64,000 bases of DNA from Eledone cirrhosa. Its lineage: Eukaryota. The DNA is taken from positions 99,634,001 to 99,698,000 of the forward strand of contig OZ024745.1 in NCBI GenBank assembly GCA_964016885.1, given 5' to 3'. Below the pieces are notes generated by a model. The model was given only the letters and a program-made list of their open reading frames with translations, made no database searches and had not been told where the DNA came from. Position numbers and translations under genes: made by a program. Shown here in pieces: positions 9,991-21,960 of the stretch (position 1 is the stretch's first letter; each line of letters starts with the position of its first letter).

Positions 9991-10068
9991 AATATACAAA
10001 GTGTAGTAAGGAACCAGGTGGACCATAACGCACCAGAGTACTCGATACTTAGGGTAGTAGAGTGGGTA

Positions 10069-10193
10069 ATAGGAAAAGAGTCAGGACCCGGACGGCTGAG
10101 CTCCGGCCGTTTCGACAGCTAGATCCAAACAGTTCAGATCTAGCTGTCAAAACGGCCGGAGCTCAGCTGTCGGGGTCCTGACTCTTTTCCTAT
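10069..10193. repeat. Near-perfect 125-bp GC-rich palindrome
   Basis: ATAGGAAAAGAGTCAGGACCC...AGCTAGATC versus GATCTAGCT...GGGTCCTGACTCTTTTCCTAT, centred near 10131. Several mismatches are consistent with CpG decay. Confidence 0.9.
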
Positions 10194-10202
10194 ATGTATG
10201 TG

Positions 10203-10537
10203 TCATCATTTCATCATACGTCCACTTTTCCCTGCTTGCAAGGGTGGGACGGGAACTGATTCTGGCTTGATTTCTACAGCTGGATGCCCTTCCTAACACC
10301 AACCTCATTTACAGTGAGTGCTGGGGGCTTTTTTGCCGTGGCACCTTCATGACCACTCTACAGTGGAATGATATGGACCCCAGTCCCTATCATCTCATTT
10401 CTACAGCTGAGTAAACTGGAGCAATGTGAAATAAAGTGTCTTGCTCAAGGAAACAACACATCACCCGGTCTGAGAATTGAACTCACAACCTTTCGATTGC
10501 AAGGCCAATGCTCTAACCACTAAGCCATGTGCCTCCA
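10203..10537 (-). mobile_element. SINE family A (full length, inverted relative to the 9652 copy)
   Basis: Reverse complement of 9652-9990. Confidence 0.92.
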
Positions 10538-11047
10538 TATATATATATATATATGCTAGCATGGAAAATGGATATTAAACGATGATATATATCTCATTCT
10601 TCTTCTTCCAAGCATGAAACTAATACACTGCATGTTATTTCATCCTCTTGTTTGAATCCCTCTCTTATAGGCCCTTACATGCTATATTAAATACACTTGC
10701 TCGAGGTATTGTACAGTAGGATTGTATATAGAACTCTGCAGTTGTGAAGTGAACTAAACTACATATACATACACGTCTGTACCCTTGACCAAAGATATCC
10801 CAGCTGTGAACAATGCATCGTTTTGTACTACATTATCTAATGTGTTCCTCCTTAGTTTAACTCTGAACATCCTGGGATGATTTAACAGAAAACATCTGAA
10901 ATAGGTTTGTTAATTCATATTCTTATATTTTTATTGGTGGACAGATCATTGTGAAAATTTGCAACATTAGACTAAAGTAAAGATTGGAATTTTTAATGTG
11001 AGACAGTCAATATTATTTTGTACTTTTCAAGAATCTCTTGCAAATGT

Positions 11048-11220
11048 GGTAAAGGGTCGGGCGCTATGCTTTGCAGCACAGAGTTACGGCCCTTTACGGT
11101 CTGAGTTCAAATCCCATCGAGGTTAACTTTGCCTTTCATCCTTACGGGGGTCGATAAAATAAGGTACCAGTAATACACTGATATAATTGCTGGCCTTGTT
11201 CCAAAAGTAGAAACAATTAT
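11048..11220 (+). mobile_element. SINE family B
   Basis: B-box GAGTTCAAATCC, central gcctttcatccttacggggtcgataaaat, tail ggccttgt..caaaagtagaaacaattat. Confidence 0.85.
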
Positions 11221-12019
11221 TAAGAGTTAAAACTATAGGGTGTGATTTTAGGACAGTTTGACAACTGTTTCTCGCAGGTCAAGTGACTACACAGAGGTTC
11301 CTTCTTTGGTTTGATGAAATATTAGATTAACCAATATCTTCATTGTGAAATAGCTAAAAGCTTATAGACATATATTAATGTTTTACCACAATAGAAAAGA
11401 CAAGTTCATGACTTTGGCTGGAATTTTGAGTAAATTTGAAATCCATATATATTTATTTTCTATAATGCTCAACATGTAAGCAAAATGTAAAATGTGGATA
11501 AAAATATAGTGAAAGCATATAACACTTCAAACCCTTTGGTAAATAAATGTGTGTATATGTGTATATATTTCATTAAAAAATAAGAGAAAATAGCTACTAT
11601 AACACCAAGGTGGCACATCAAGTAACTTTTAGAAGTCTTCAGAGAAGTATTATAAACGAAAGGCATTTGCATGTTATTAAGCTGCCCTGCAAATACAATT
11701 AAAAATAAGTCACACACATACACACACAGTGTGATAAACAGATCAGTGGTCAAGCTGCTGCTATCTCTAGCCATTTATCTTTGAACAATAAAAAACATCT
11801 AGCTATTTACCTAACTGTCTACCTATCAACCTATACATCTGTCTATCTGTTTATCTTGCTGTCTGTCTATCTACCTATCCCTCTCTGTGTCTGTGTCTGC
11901 CCGATTGTCAAATATATAGTTATGCATTTACAAATAAAATCCAGAGTTATTATCTCATATTGATACCCTGCAATTAACAAGCTCAAAGTATAAATACTGA
12001 GCATTATATATAATATTTC

Positions 12020-12403
12020 GGGCAGTGGATTGGCAGTATCGGTAGAGGGTCGGACGCCATGCTTTCCAGCATAATTACGTCCCTTTACGATCTGAGTTCA
12101 AATCCCGCCGAGGTTGACTTTGCCTTTCATCCTTACGGGGTCGATAAAATAAAGTACCAGTAATGCACTGGGTAATTGCTGGCCTTGTGCCTAATGTAGA
12201 AACAATTATGTAGGCGGTGGATTGGCAGTATTGGTAGAGGGTCGGACGCCATACTTTGACGCATAGAGTTACGGCCCTTGCCATTCTGAGTTCAAATCCC
12301 GCCGAGGTTAACTTTGCCTTTCATCTTTACGGGGTCGATAAAATAAAGTACCAGTAATACACTGGGTAATTGCTGGCCTTGTGCCTAACGTAGAAACAAT
12401 TAT
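12020..12403 (+). mobile_element. Head-to-tail dimer of SINE family B with one shared 19-bp TSD
   Basis: Monomers at 12020-12209 and 12212-12403. ATTATATATAATATTTCGG (12003-21) versus ATTATATATAGTATTTCGG (12399-417). Confidence 0.9.
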
Positions 12404-12568
12404 ATATAGTATTTCGGCTCCCTAACTAGGTGAGCTTATAAGTTGAGTGTAATAAGGCTATTATTTCTAGCATATCCACTCACACCACGTATATTGTGCA
12501 ACCCACGAGGTGTATTATTTACTCCTGTGAGTTGTTGTTAGATGTGTTTTGTTTCATTTGATCTTATC

Positions 12569-12651
12569 TCTCGCTGAGGAAAGCCTACGGATTATCTGTT
12601 ACAAACACAATTTTCAGGGCGAAACATATTAAATCTCTAATCTGTCCGAGA
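12569..12651 (+). ncRNA. Type I hammerhead ribozyme motif with hairpin helix III
   Basis: TCTCG(12569-73)-CTGAGGA(12574-80)-aa-GCC...GGC-GAAA(12621-24)-CAtATTA aatctc TAATcTG-TC(12645-46)-CGAGA(12647-51). GUC triplet; helix I can extend via gtttcat/atgaaat. Confidence 0.7.
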
Positions 12652-13663
12652 TGAAATGGTTATTGATACGGTCTGTATATAATTTTATATCTTACTGTAT
12701 GTTTCAGTTTAAATATATAAAACATTTGTGGCATTCTCTACCCTCGTAATTTTAGACACGGAATTTACTGTGTTTATTTCTACATATATTGTTATGCATT
12801 TATGTGTATTTACCAAGGTTTCTATGTTTTTACAACAAAGCACAAATCCCAATAGCAATCTGAAGATGGGTAGATAGATAGATAGGTGGAACAAAAGCAT
12901 CGTAATTAAATGCATATATGTTTGATAATGATTGAAGAAAATATGGAAAAATAATTTGATTTAAATGAATGTAAAATGAAATATGGTGATGGCTAGAGTG
13001 ACAAGAGGGAGAAAGTAAAAGAAAATCAAGGATTCAAGCAGCTTTACATAGAACAATGTAATCGAGAAATTATTAAATTGTATATTTTTTATTATTAAAC
13101 CTGGTCATTTTTGATGGGTACTATGTTAGCTAGTTATATTATAATCAACTAAAAATCAATGCCAAACAGTTATATTTAAGTATTTTTGTCTACGTCCAAG
13201 CAAAGGAAGTATACAGACAAAGGTACAGTATGTTTATGGATTAACAATATGTAAAGTAAGCAAGGATTGCACAAACAAAGGGGCATAATTTTAAACATGT
13301 TCAAGTCTAGTTGAACAGCAAAATCTACAATCAAATAATAGATGTTGAAATTTGTACATTAGCCATCATCGTCATTTTTATACCAACTTTCCATGCTGGC
13401 ATGAACTGGACAGGAATTTTTGAGGCAATGTTTTACAACCAGATACTCTTCTTAACACTGACCCTTTAATTTCTTCTTAAAACATGCATGGATATAGAGT
13501 ACCTTTTCTAAACACCAGATACACATACAGTATGTAAACCATAATAAGCTTTTCAAAGATTATTATTATATAGGGCGGATAAAATCAATATTTTATTTGG
13601 AAGACATTTTCCAAGCATAAATGGCAGTTTATGATTGTGTTAAAACTGAATATTTTTTCTTAA

Positions 13664-13783
13664 CCTATTAGCATTTCAACTGGCTGTATCTGGCCAGAAT
13701 TCTCTCATCTCTTTCTGTTCAAACTGGCTGTAACTGGCCATTCATACTGATGTTATATATAGAGTAATATAAATGCTAAAGGG
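13664..13783 (+). mobile_element. TTAA-flanked (piggyBac-type) MITE family M1, internally deleted
   Basis: TTAA|CCTATTAGCATTT...AAATGCTAAAGGG|TTAA. Confidence 0.85.
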
Positions 13784-14016
13784 TTAACTTCTGGCTGGAA
13801 ATAAATAAGAAATGTAGTTTCAGCTAGAATTAACATAATACAGTAACACGGATTATGTGAATGAGAATTATGGGAATTATTTTGTTTGGATATATCTGAT
13901 CTGATCAGAAAGAAAGGTGGTTATACCCTTGAAACAACTGGTTAACAGTTTTTTTCAGTAAAATATGTCACATATATTGACTATATATCTCCTTCACTTA
14001 TATTGCATTGTGTTAA

Positions 14017-14437
14017 ACCATTTTGTTACCATATTTCTAATGAAAATGCTGCCTATGATTTTCAAATAATTTTGAAAATAATGAAAAATTTAATAAAATA
14101 ACATAACTTTCTATTTATTAAGCAAAACAAAAGGGCAGCAGATTGGCAATATCGGTAGAGCGTCAGACAACATGCTTTGCAACATAGAGTTATGCACCTT
14201 TATGCTCTGAGTTCAAATCCTGCCAAGGTTAACTTTGCCTTTCATCCTTACGTGGGTCAATAAAATAAAGCATCAGTAACGATTTAATTGACTTTCCCCT
14301 CCCCCCAAATTACTGTGCCTATACTAGAAATCATTATTAAATATAATAAAGTTTCTGACATAAAAGTATAAACACTTGAAAACACAGTTTTATATCATAG
14401 TAGCAGAGGCAATTCAGACAGTTTGGCTTCAAAAGGG
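14017..14437 (+). mobile_element. TTAA-type MITE family M2 interrupted by SINE B (~14132-14337)
   Basis: TTAA|ACCATTTTGTTACCATATTTCTAATG ... tttggcttcaaaaggg. The same body recurs at 16980, 17660, 27150 and 30191. Confidence 0.65.
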
Positions 14438-14686
14438 CAAAATATTTGTAAAATTGTAGTCACATTATCTTATATTTGAAATAAATAAACATCAAATGAG
14501 TTTGAACAATCCCACATTCAATATCAGAAAGAAATATGAATGTTTGGAAGTTCAAAATCTCTAAGAATGATAGGGTAGAAGCAAGTGAAAGATTTGAATT
14601 ATCTGATTAATCTTGAAAACTGCTGAAATATATTTTTAGATGAAAAAGCAATGTTGTCGCTGATCGAGACAAAGCGAAAGTGTATT

Positions 14687-15010
14687 TGAATACATATAAA
14701 AATGAGAAAACTAATCGCTAGAACAGCCATTAAAACAGCTAAATGCAGTCAAAGACTTGCCTTGTACACCGCCTTCATTTCCTCTTCTGGTCACTTATGT
14801 GCACCAACACACTTCTCCTTGTCCTTCACCTCTTTCAAACTTTTCTATATTTCATCTGCCTGTCACCCACCTTGTGGATTGTCTCTCTCTTGACCACTGG
14901 CCGGTGATCTCTGTCCTCTGGGGCATTTTTGCCCATCGCTGTCCTTGACAGCATTTAGCTGTTTTAACAGCTGTTCTAGCAATGAGTTTTCTCATTTCTA
15001 TATGCATTCA
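14687..15010. repeat. Fold-back element with ~70-bp inverted arms around a pyrimidine-rich core
   Basis: tgaatacatataaaaatgagaaaactaatcgctagaacagccattaaaacagctaaatgcagtcaaagac versus gtccttgacagcatttagctgttttaacagctgttctagcaatgagttttctcatttctatatgcattca. Confidence 0.75.
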
Positions 15011-15587
15011 TATTTTTAGAGGAGTTGTTGATGTTTAGCTTCCTCCAAGTGACCTCTGATGAGCACCACTTCAGCCAGATGATCAACGTTATTAGAGCTA
15101 TAAACATTCCATCTTATCTTTAGACAATGTATCCAGAACTACATTATCCAATAAGTCCTTCCTTTCTATACTGTTTCTAGTGTATAGAGACACCTCTTGT
15201 TCTTCCCTGGGGTTCTCTTCATAAATCATTGTTTATAGTTTGTTCTAGTAAGAACATTGGCAAACACCTGGAATTACTTATATTTGATTTCTTTCACCAA
15301 ACTTAAATTTGTTTCATTTATGGTTCTCATTTTCTGGGAATGGAATTTTCTTATTTCTTTCTAATATATCATCATCACCATGATGATGATGATGATGATG
15401 ATGATTGTCTATTTATGTTCATTTTTCTCTATTGGCATCAATAGGAAAGAACACTTGAAATAATCCAATTATAACATTTATCCATCAAGATATCATATCT
15501 TAGTTACCTTCCTTCCCATACCTCATATAGACAGGCTGACCTCATCTTACTGAGGTTACTTTTCCATTCTTAATTTGCAATGAACAA

Positions 15588-15921
15588 ACACACACACAGA
15601 TATGTGTGTGTGCACGCACACATATATACACACATACACATATATATATATACATACATACACACATATATATATATATACATACATACACACATATATA
15701 TATACATACATACACACATATATATATACACATACATACATATATATATATATACACATACATACATATATATATATATACATACATACATATATATATA
15801 TATACATACATACATACATATATACATACATACACACATATATATATATATATATATACATACACACACACATATATATATATATATACATACACACACA
15901 CATATATATATATATATACAT

Positions 15922-15962
<41 letters not shown>

Positions 15963-16070
15963 CACACATATATATATATATACATACATATACATACACA
16001 CATATATATATATATACATACATATACATACATATATATATATATACATACATATACATACATACACACA
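15588..16070. repeat. Long compound (TA)/(TACA)/(CA) microsatellite
   Basis: Direct reading; source of the six Y/I/H/T and C/V/Y/M ORFs. Confidence 0.97.
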
Positions 16071-16205
16071 TCTTAGATATCTAATGAAAGATATAAAACT
16101 GTTAACCACAAAGGTTAATGGTAACTTCAATTTTTTTCTCTATTTCATATTAGAATTTTCCATCTGGCTCAATATTTCATACGTTATAAGGGTCATTTTT
16201 TTTAA

Positions 16206-16415
16206 CCCTTTAGCATTTACATTATTCTATTTTTACAATTGTATTTTTGCAGTAAAGACATAATTATCTCACATAATAACAAATTTATGAGATTTTGATA
16301 TTATTTATTTTGAGAACAATACCTAAACATCGGCATAAGTGGCTGGTTACAGCCGGCTTGAACAGAAAGAAGTGAGAGTTTCTGGCCGGATATGACTGGT
16401 TTAAATGCTAAAGGG
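16206..16415 (-). mobile_element. MITE family M1
   Basis: TTAA|CCCTTTAGCATTTAC...TTTAAATGCTAAAGGG|TTAA. Confidence 0.9.
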
Positions 16416-16638
16416 TTAAAGTCAGTCACAACTGTCGGACTTCAAATATGCAAACATCAATTATCTGAATTTTGGATTATCTGAACAATGTCTGAAAGTT
16501 CTGTGAATATTTCATTGATCATACTATGTATAATGCAAAGTTGAGAATAATATTGGTACTACCATTTTGTCTTTTGTGTATATAATGATTAAAAGTGAAT
16601 TTGAATTACTGAAGAAAATATAAAAAACATTATATTAA

Positions 16639-16859
16639 CCCTTTAGCATTTAAACTGGCTGTATCCGGCCAGAATGTTTTCACCTCTTTCTGTTCAAACC
16701 ACCTATAACCGGCCACTCATACTGATGTTCAGGTATTGTTCTCAAAATAAATATCATCAAAATCTTGTAGATTTGATATCATGTGAGATAATTATGTAAG
16801 ATAAAGCCTTTGCCACAAAAATACAACAGGATACAGAGAGTAATGTAAATGCTAAAGGA
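16639..16859 (+). mobile_element. MITE family M1 (inverted relative to the 16206 copy)
   Basis: TTAA|CCCTTTAGCATTTAAACTGG...GTAAATGCTAAAGGA|TTAA. Confidence 0.9.
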
Positions 16860-16979
16860 TTAAGACACTATTGATTTTGCCATACTTTAAGATATTTCAG
16901 CATGTCCTTCACAACCAAAGAAATTAGAATCTAAATCAACGTTGTTACTATTAGAATCCAAAACTAGTATTCTGAACGT

Positions 16980-17653
16980 AAATCTTTTTTATAACCATTA
17001 TTCTCATTGGCAGTATCGGTGGAGGGTCGGACGCCATGCTTTCCAGCATAGTTACGTCCCTTTACGATCTGAGTTCAAATCCGGCCGAGGTTGACTTTGC
17101 CTTTCATCCTTACGGGGTCGATAAAATAAAGTACCAGTAATGCACTGGGTAATTGCTGGCCTTGTGCCTAAAGTAGAAACAATTATTCTCATTATACTCT
17201 ATGATTTTCAAATAATTTTGAAAATAATAAAAAATTTAAAAATATTTAGTAATATAATTAACTTTCTAATAATCAAACTGATGATCATAACTTAAATGTT
17301 TTTTTTTATTTAAAATTATGATAGGTTTTAGATAAATATATATTTATTTTAAAAATTGACAAGATCCCAGACCTCATTCGCTTGGGGTAGAATTTGTCAG
17401 AGTTTCTTTCCTATTGCTGATACTATCTACTGGTCACAACTCCTGGAAGAAGAAGCAATATGAGATAAAGTGACTTGTTCAAGGGCACAATGCATCATGC
17501 AGTCCAAGAATTGAGCTCTCAAACTCATGATTGTGAATTCACCTCTAACCAATATGCTATGCACCTTCACTTAGATAAATATTAACACTTTAAAATAAAC
17601 AGTTTTGCATTACAGAACCAGAGAAGGTTTCAAGCAGTTTGGTATCAAAAGGG
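16980..17653 (+). mobile_element. MITE family M2 carrying two SINE insertions (SINE B 17009-17184; old CORE-type SINE ~17350-17570 minus)
   Basis: M2 body and right end ggtatcaaaaggg. TSD ATTATTCTCATT at 16997/17182 and TSD TTAGATAAATAT at 17328/17571. Confidence 0.7.
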
Positions 17654-17659
17654 TTGAGA

Positions 17660-17884
17660 CCCTTTCATGATAATATTTCTGATAAAAATACAGCATTTCA
17701 ACTAAATTTGGAAAGATTTAGTAAAATAACTAACATTTTCCCTATAAGATGTTTGTTTGGAACATATATTAAATGGTTCTTGTTTAGAACTATGTGGGAA
17801 GGTTTTAATTTAAATACAGACATTTTAAAACTGTTTCCTATCATAGAATCAAGGGTGGTATTAGGTGGATTAGTATCAAAAGGG
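17660..17884 (+). mobile_element. MITE family M2
   Basis: CCCTTTCATGATAATATTTCT...AGTATCAAAAGGG|TTAA. Confidence 0.7.
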
Positions 17885-18498
17885 TTAAAAAGTTCATTCA
17901 GTAAATATTTAGACCATTCTGTAATAATTAAAAAAAAGCATAAATAGGAAGGAGGAAAAGACGGGGGGGGGGGGGGGGAGATAAATGAAATACATGGGAA
18001 AAGATTGAGAAAAGTAGGAGACAGAAAGACTGAGCAAGCGAGAGATAAAAAGATTGAGAGAAAGAGAAGAGAAGAGAAAAGAAAAGATTCAGAGAGGGGG
18101 GGGGGCGGACGAGGACGACGACGACAAAAAATTAAGAATGATAAAGCAGAAGTGGAAGTGTAGACAAAGAACTCATATCCAAAACACACCCACAAAGAAA
18201 GTATTTTCTGTTGACACATGTAGATGTAGTAGTTCTTGAATAGTTTCCCACTCTTCAACTACACAGCTGCAGACCTATGCACTCCCTTATATATACTTTT
18301 TCCTCTTACACTATAAACTCTAGCAATTTAAATAAATATGTCTTCCAATGAATTTTTAAATTTGTGTCTAAGCTTGCTTAATTTTGATATTTAAAAAAAA
18401 GGTGCAGTAGCAGCAAGGCCCCATGAAAGGCTTCATATTTATAAGGTCCTTTGAGAAGCATGTTTGGATGCTCTTGCCTTAACCAACTCTTATAACAC

Positions 18499-18985
18499 AC
18501 AGGACAGAGTGCCCAATGCCGAGGTCCTTATTCATGCTGCCTTCTCAGCATGTTTACCCTGGTCCAACAGCACAGACTACGCTGGCTTGGGCATGTCTAC
18601 CGCATGAATGATGGCTGCATCCCCAAAGACATCTTATATGGGTAACTGGCCTCTGGAAAGAGAGTCATCAGTCGACCTCAGCTGCGATACAAGGACGATT
18701 GAGATCAACACAGAGTCCTGGGAGGGCCTCACAGCTGACAGGCCAAGATGGAGAAACATCTTAAATCAGGGGAGGAGAGGTTGATGACTGCAGCAGCGGA
18801 CAGGAGAGCCCGGCAAAAGGATTGCAATAAATCCAACAGACCAGAGATCATATACAGATGTGTTTCAATGTGACAGAGACTGTCACTCACGTATAGGTCT
18901 GTTTAGCCACCGGAGTCACTGTTCCAACTGAGCTGACAACAGGATACTACCCATGGTCAGCCTTGACCAAAGGAGGCCTTAAACT
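18499..18985 (+). pseudogene. RTE-clade LINE ORF2 3' fragment (post-RT region and C-terminal C2H2-like finger), disrupted
   Basis: Translates QDRVPNAEVL...QQHRLRWLGHVYRMNDGCIPKDILYG*LASGKRVISRPQLRYKD...CDRDCHSRIGLFSHRSHC with frameshifts and a stop. Confidence 0.9.
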
Positions 18986-20276
18986 TTAAAAACAACGACA
19001 CACACACACACACACAAACCTAACTTTAACAATCATTACCTTTATTCCTAGACAAATTCTAAACACATTTTTTTCATTTACTCACCATAGCACAGCAAAC
19101 TGTAATACTGGTTGGCGTTATGAAGGGCATCCAGCCATAGAAACCATGCCAAAAATGAAACATATGAATGAGACATGGGTCTCCTAGGATATTAGGAACT
19201 CCAATTATGTAAAGACCTATCCAACCCATGCCAGCATCGAAAATACATATATATGATGATGATGATAAATGATATGTCAGTTAAAGTGACTGTTCTGATA
19301 GAGCTGATTAAATGAACTGATATGCAAAATACCCTGCTAGTAGAAAATCCCTTACTGGACTCTCTATTCCCACATGATCACAGCTAGTTGGTGAAGATTT
19401 TATCAATATTAATAGAATTATTGACTAAGTTAGACATAGTAGAATTTAAATCATGGAAAACTCTAGGCTAAGTTTCTCACTGACAAGTTGTATTTACATC
19501 AGCAATATATAATAACATCAACTAGAAGTTAAAAAAATTTGACTCAGCAGAAAGTAGAAATATTTGTCTAAGTGGTTGGTAATACTTTAGGCCTGTGACA
19601 CTCAATACACCAATTTCACACTGAACAAATGTGTCAAGTAAAAGAATTGATAAATATTGAATTCTTTTTTTTCTCTTTCTGCTTGGTTTCTGACATGAAA
19701 AAAAAATTAACAATAATGATGTGTTTTTGTCAAAATTTCAACACCAAAAATTATGACATTTTTTCCCAGACAATAACTGCCCACTGAAACGATTTCAGAA
19801 TCTGCCATCAGAAAGATAATAGGTATATTAAAATTAAAAGAAAGCAAGTAAGATAAACAACTAAGTGCTTTTTAACAGAGTGAAAGAAACTTCCTTCAAA
19901 ACACAATAGATATAGTTAATTTATCATTGTTGACTCTTCAGAAATGTTTCAAAACATCTTCCATTTTAGCAAGCTAGACTATTTCTATTTTCCTCTCTCA
20001 AACAATAATTCATTGTACATAAAAAAGGAATAACAATAATAATGATAAAAAAAAAATTTTTTTTTTTTTTTTGAAAGTTAAACTTGGGAAGAAGAGAGGG
20101 TGTCAGAAAGAAAGAAAAGAGATGGGAAGGAGAGAAATTAGGATGATAAAGATACTGATTACTGATTTGCCACATTGCATTTGAGAAAACCAGTTATGTA
20201 GAAGATTTATCACATCTAACTAGCCACCAAGGAATATCTTTTTTGACATTGTAAATTTCTTTTTTCCTCTTTTAAG

Positions 20277-20329
20277 CACACCCTGAGAATGAGCCTTTAG
20301 AAATGCCAAGAACTAGAGAAGACCTATAG
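20277..20329 (+). CDS. Candidate terminal coding exon of an ER-resident protein (..HPENEPLEMPRTREDL*)
   Basis: Strong acceptor tttcttttttcctcttttaAG (AG 20275-76) with branch-like TTGAC upstream. The phase-1 frame is open to TAG 20327-29, ends in KDEL-like REDL, and lies in unique non-repeat sequence. Confidence 0.45.
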
Positions 20330-21680
20330 ATTTCTTAAGGAAAATCTGTGATCTTTAAGAAAATATCTGTGATAATTTAGAAAATGATGACACATATAAT
20401 ATTTTTTATTACACTGTAAGTTAATCAGATTGTAAGAAATCAGTAATAATAGAAAAAAGAAGTTGATTTTCCAGTTAGGATCAATGAAACATTGTTTCCA
20501 TTGGTTTTTACATTGCTGATACTGTCTGTTCATTTCAACTCATGGCAGAAGATTAAATAACTGATAAATCAGTTATTTATGTATTCCTTGAGCTGAGCAT
20601 GGGATGATATGAAGGTTAGTGTACAGGATTTATGAATGTAAGCCTCAGAAGTATCACAGAAGTATTGAAAAAAGTTGAAGAGGCAGGTATATATAACCAA
20701 GGGGTTTCAATAATTAGGTTTTTTAAAGGCTTATTGATTACTCTATTACAAGTTCCAACCAACTGACTGAGGCCATGCTGGGTCACTACCATTGAATTTT
20801 TTTTTTTTTACACTTCATCTGTTAAAATTTGCTGAAGTTAATTGTACTTTTGTGTAACTTGTTAAAATTGGACAATATAGCCAACAGCTAAAATAAAATG
20901 GTAGGCATTAAGGAAGGGCATCCAGCCAAAGAAGCCAAAGAAACCATGGAAAATATGGAATGTATGAGCAGAACATGTCTCCTTGACCCATCTAGTCTTG
21001 GACCATGATGGCTTGTCTAACTTATGCTAGTATGGAAAATGGATGTAAAATGAAGATGATGATAGAAGTTAATGTCATATATAGACCAAGGAAAATAAAT
21101 CTGCTTTTGCAAATAGTCATTAAACAAAGATTTTTTTCTTTTAGTGAGATTTTAAGGTTTTGTTCTTTTAAATTGAAGAATGTCCTTGACACCCAAAACA
21201 AAAAAGAAACTTTGCTTTTAGTTCTGAAAAAAAACAAAGAAAAATTTGTTTAACAAGCACATTTTAGAAAATTGTTTTCTATGTGGCACTGTACAGCTTC
21301 TTAAATGCAAGGGTGAGCGAGCAAAACTAGATATACTTAGCTATTCTACCAGTTTATATTCATTGCTATATTTCTTTTCCTCTATTTTCTAAATTTTATC
21401 CAAACAAAATATTCTCCATGAGAAAGTAAAGAAATTCTCCATATACTAGCATGGTTTGGAAATATTGACCCTGTAAACTTTGAATATATGTTAATTATAA
21501 TTTTTATAGCTTTCTAAGCAACTCTACCATAAAATAAAGCTTGCATAGCTTGCAATAAACTAAGGATTTTATTTTTTTCCAACACTAGCAATCGAAATAC
21601 AATACACATAGTAGAAAAGGACATGGATTTTTAACTGAGAAGTGTAAGAAAATTGTCTCCCTATCTCTCTCTTACATATG

Positions 21681-21960
21681 AGAAAGAGTGAGAAAGAGAG
21701 AGTGAGAAAGAGAGAGAGAGAGAGAAAGAGAGAGAAAGACAGAGAGAGAGAAAGAGAGAGAAAGAAAGAGAGAGAGAGAAAATGGTGGAGGCAAGAATAG
21801 TGAGATAGTGAAATAAAAGGAAAGATTTACAAAAAAGACAAAGAAAGGATGAGAAGAAAAAGAAAATTGACAGAAATAAAAGATGAGATGAAAAGAAGAA
21901 AAGAAAAAAACACGACAGAAAGAAAGAGAAACTAAAAAAAAGGGGAGTGAGAGAAAAGGA
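21681..21960. repeat. GA/A-rich polypurine low-complexity tract
   Basis: Direct reading. Confidence 0.9.

Noticed and set aside
14655-14690. CTGATCGA...GCGAAAG hammerhead-like string
   Set aside because: Core has an insertion, and helices I-III do not pair.
15542-16263. Six long ORFs (156-227 aa); likewise those at 22112-23203, 7857-8158 and 28540-28849
   Set aside because: Translations of TA/CA microsatellites that lack stop codons by composition.
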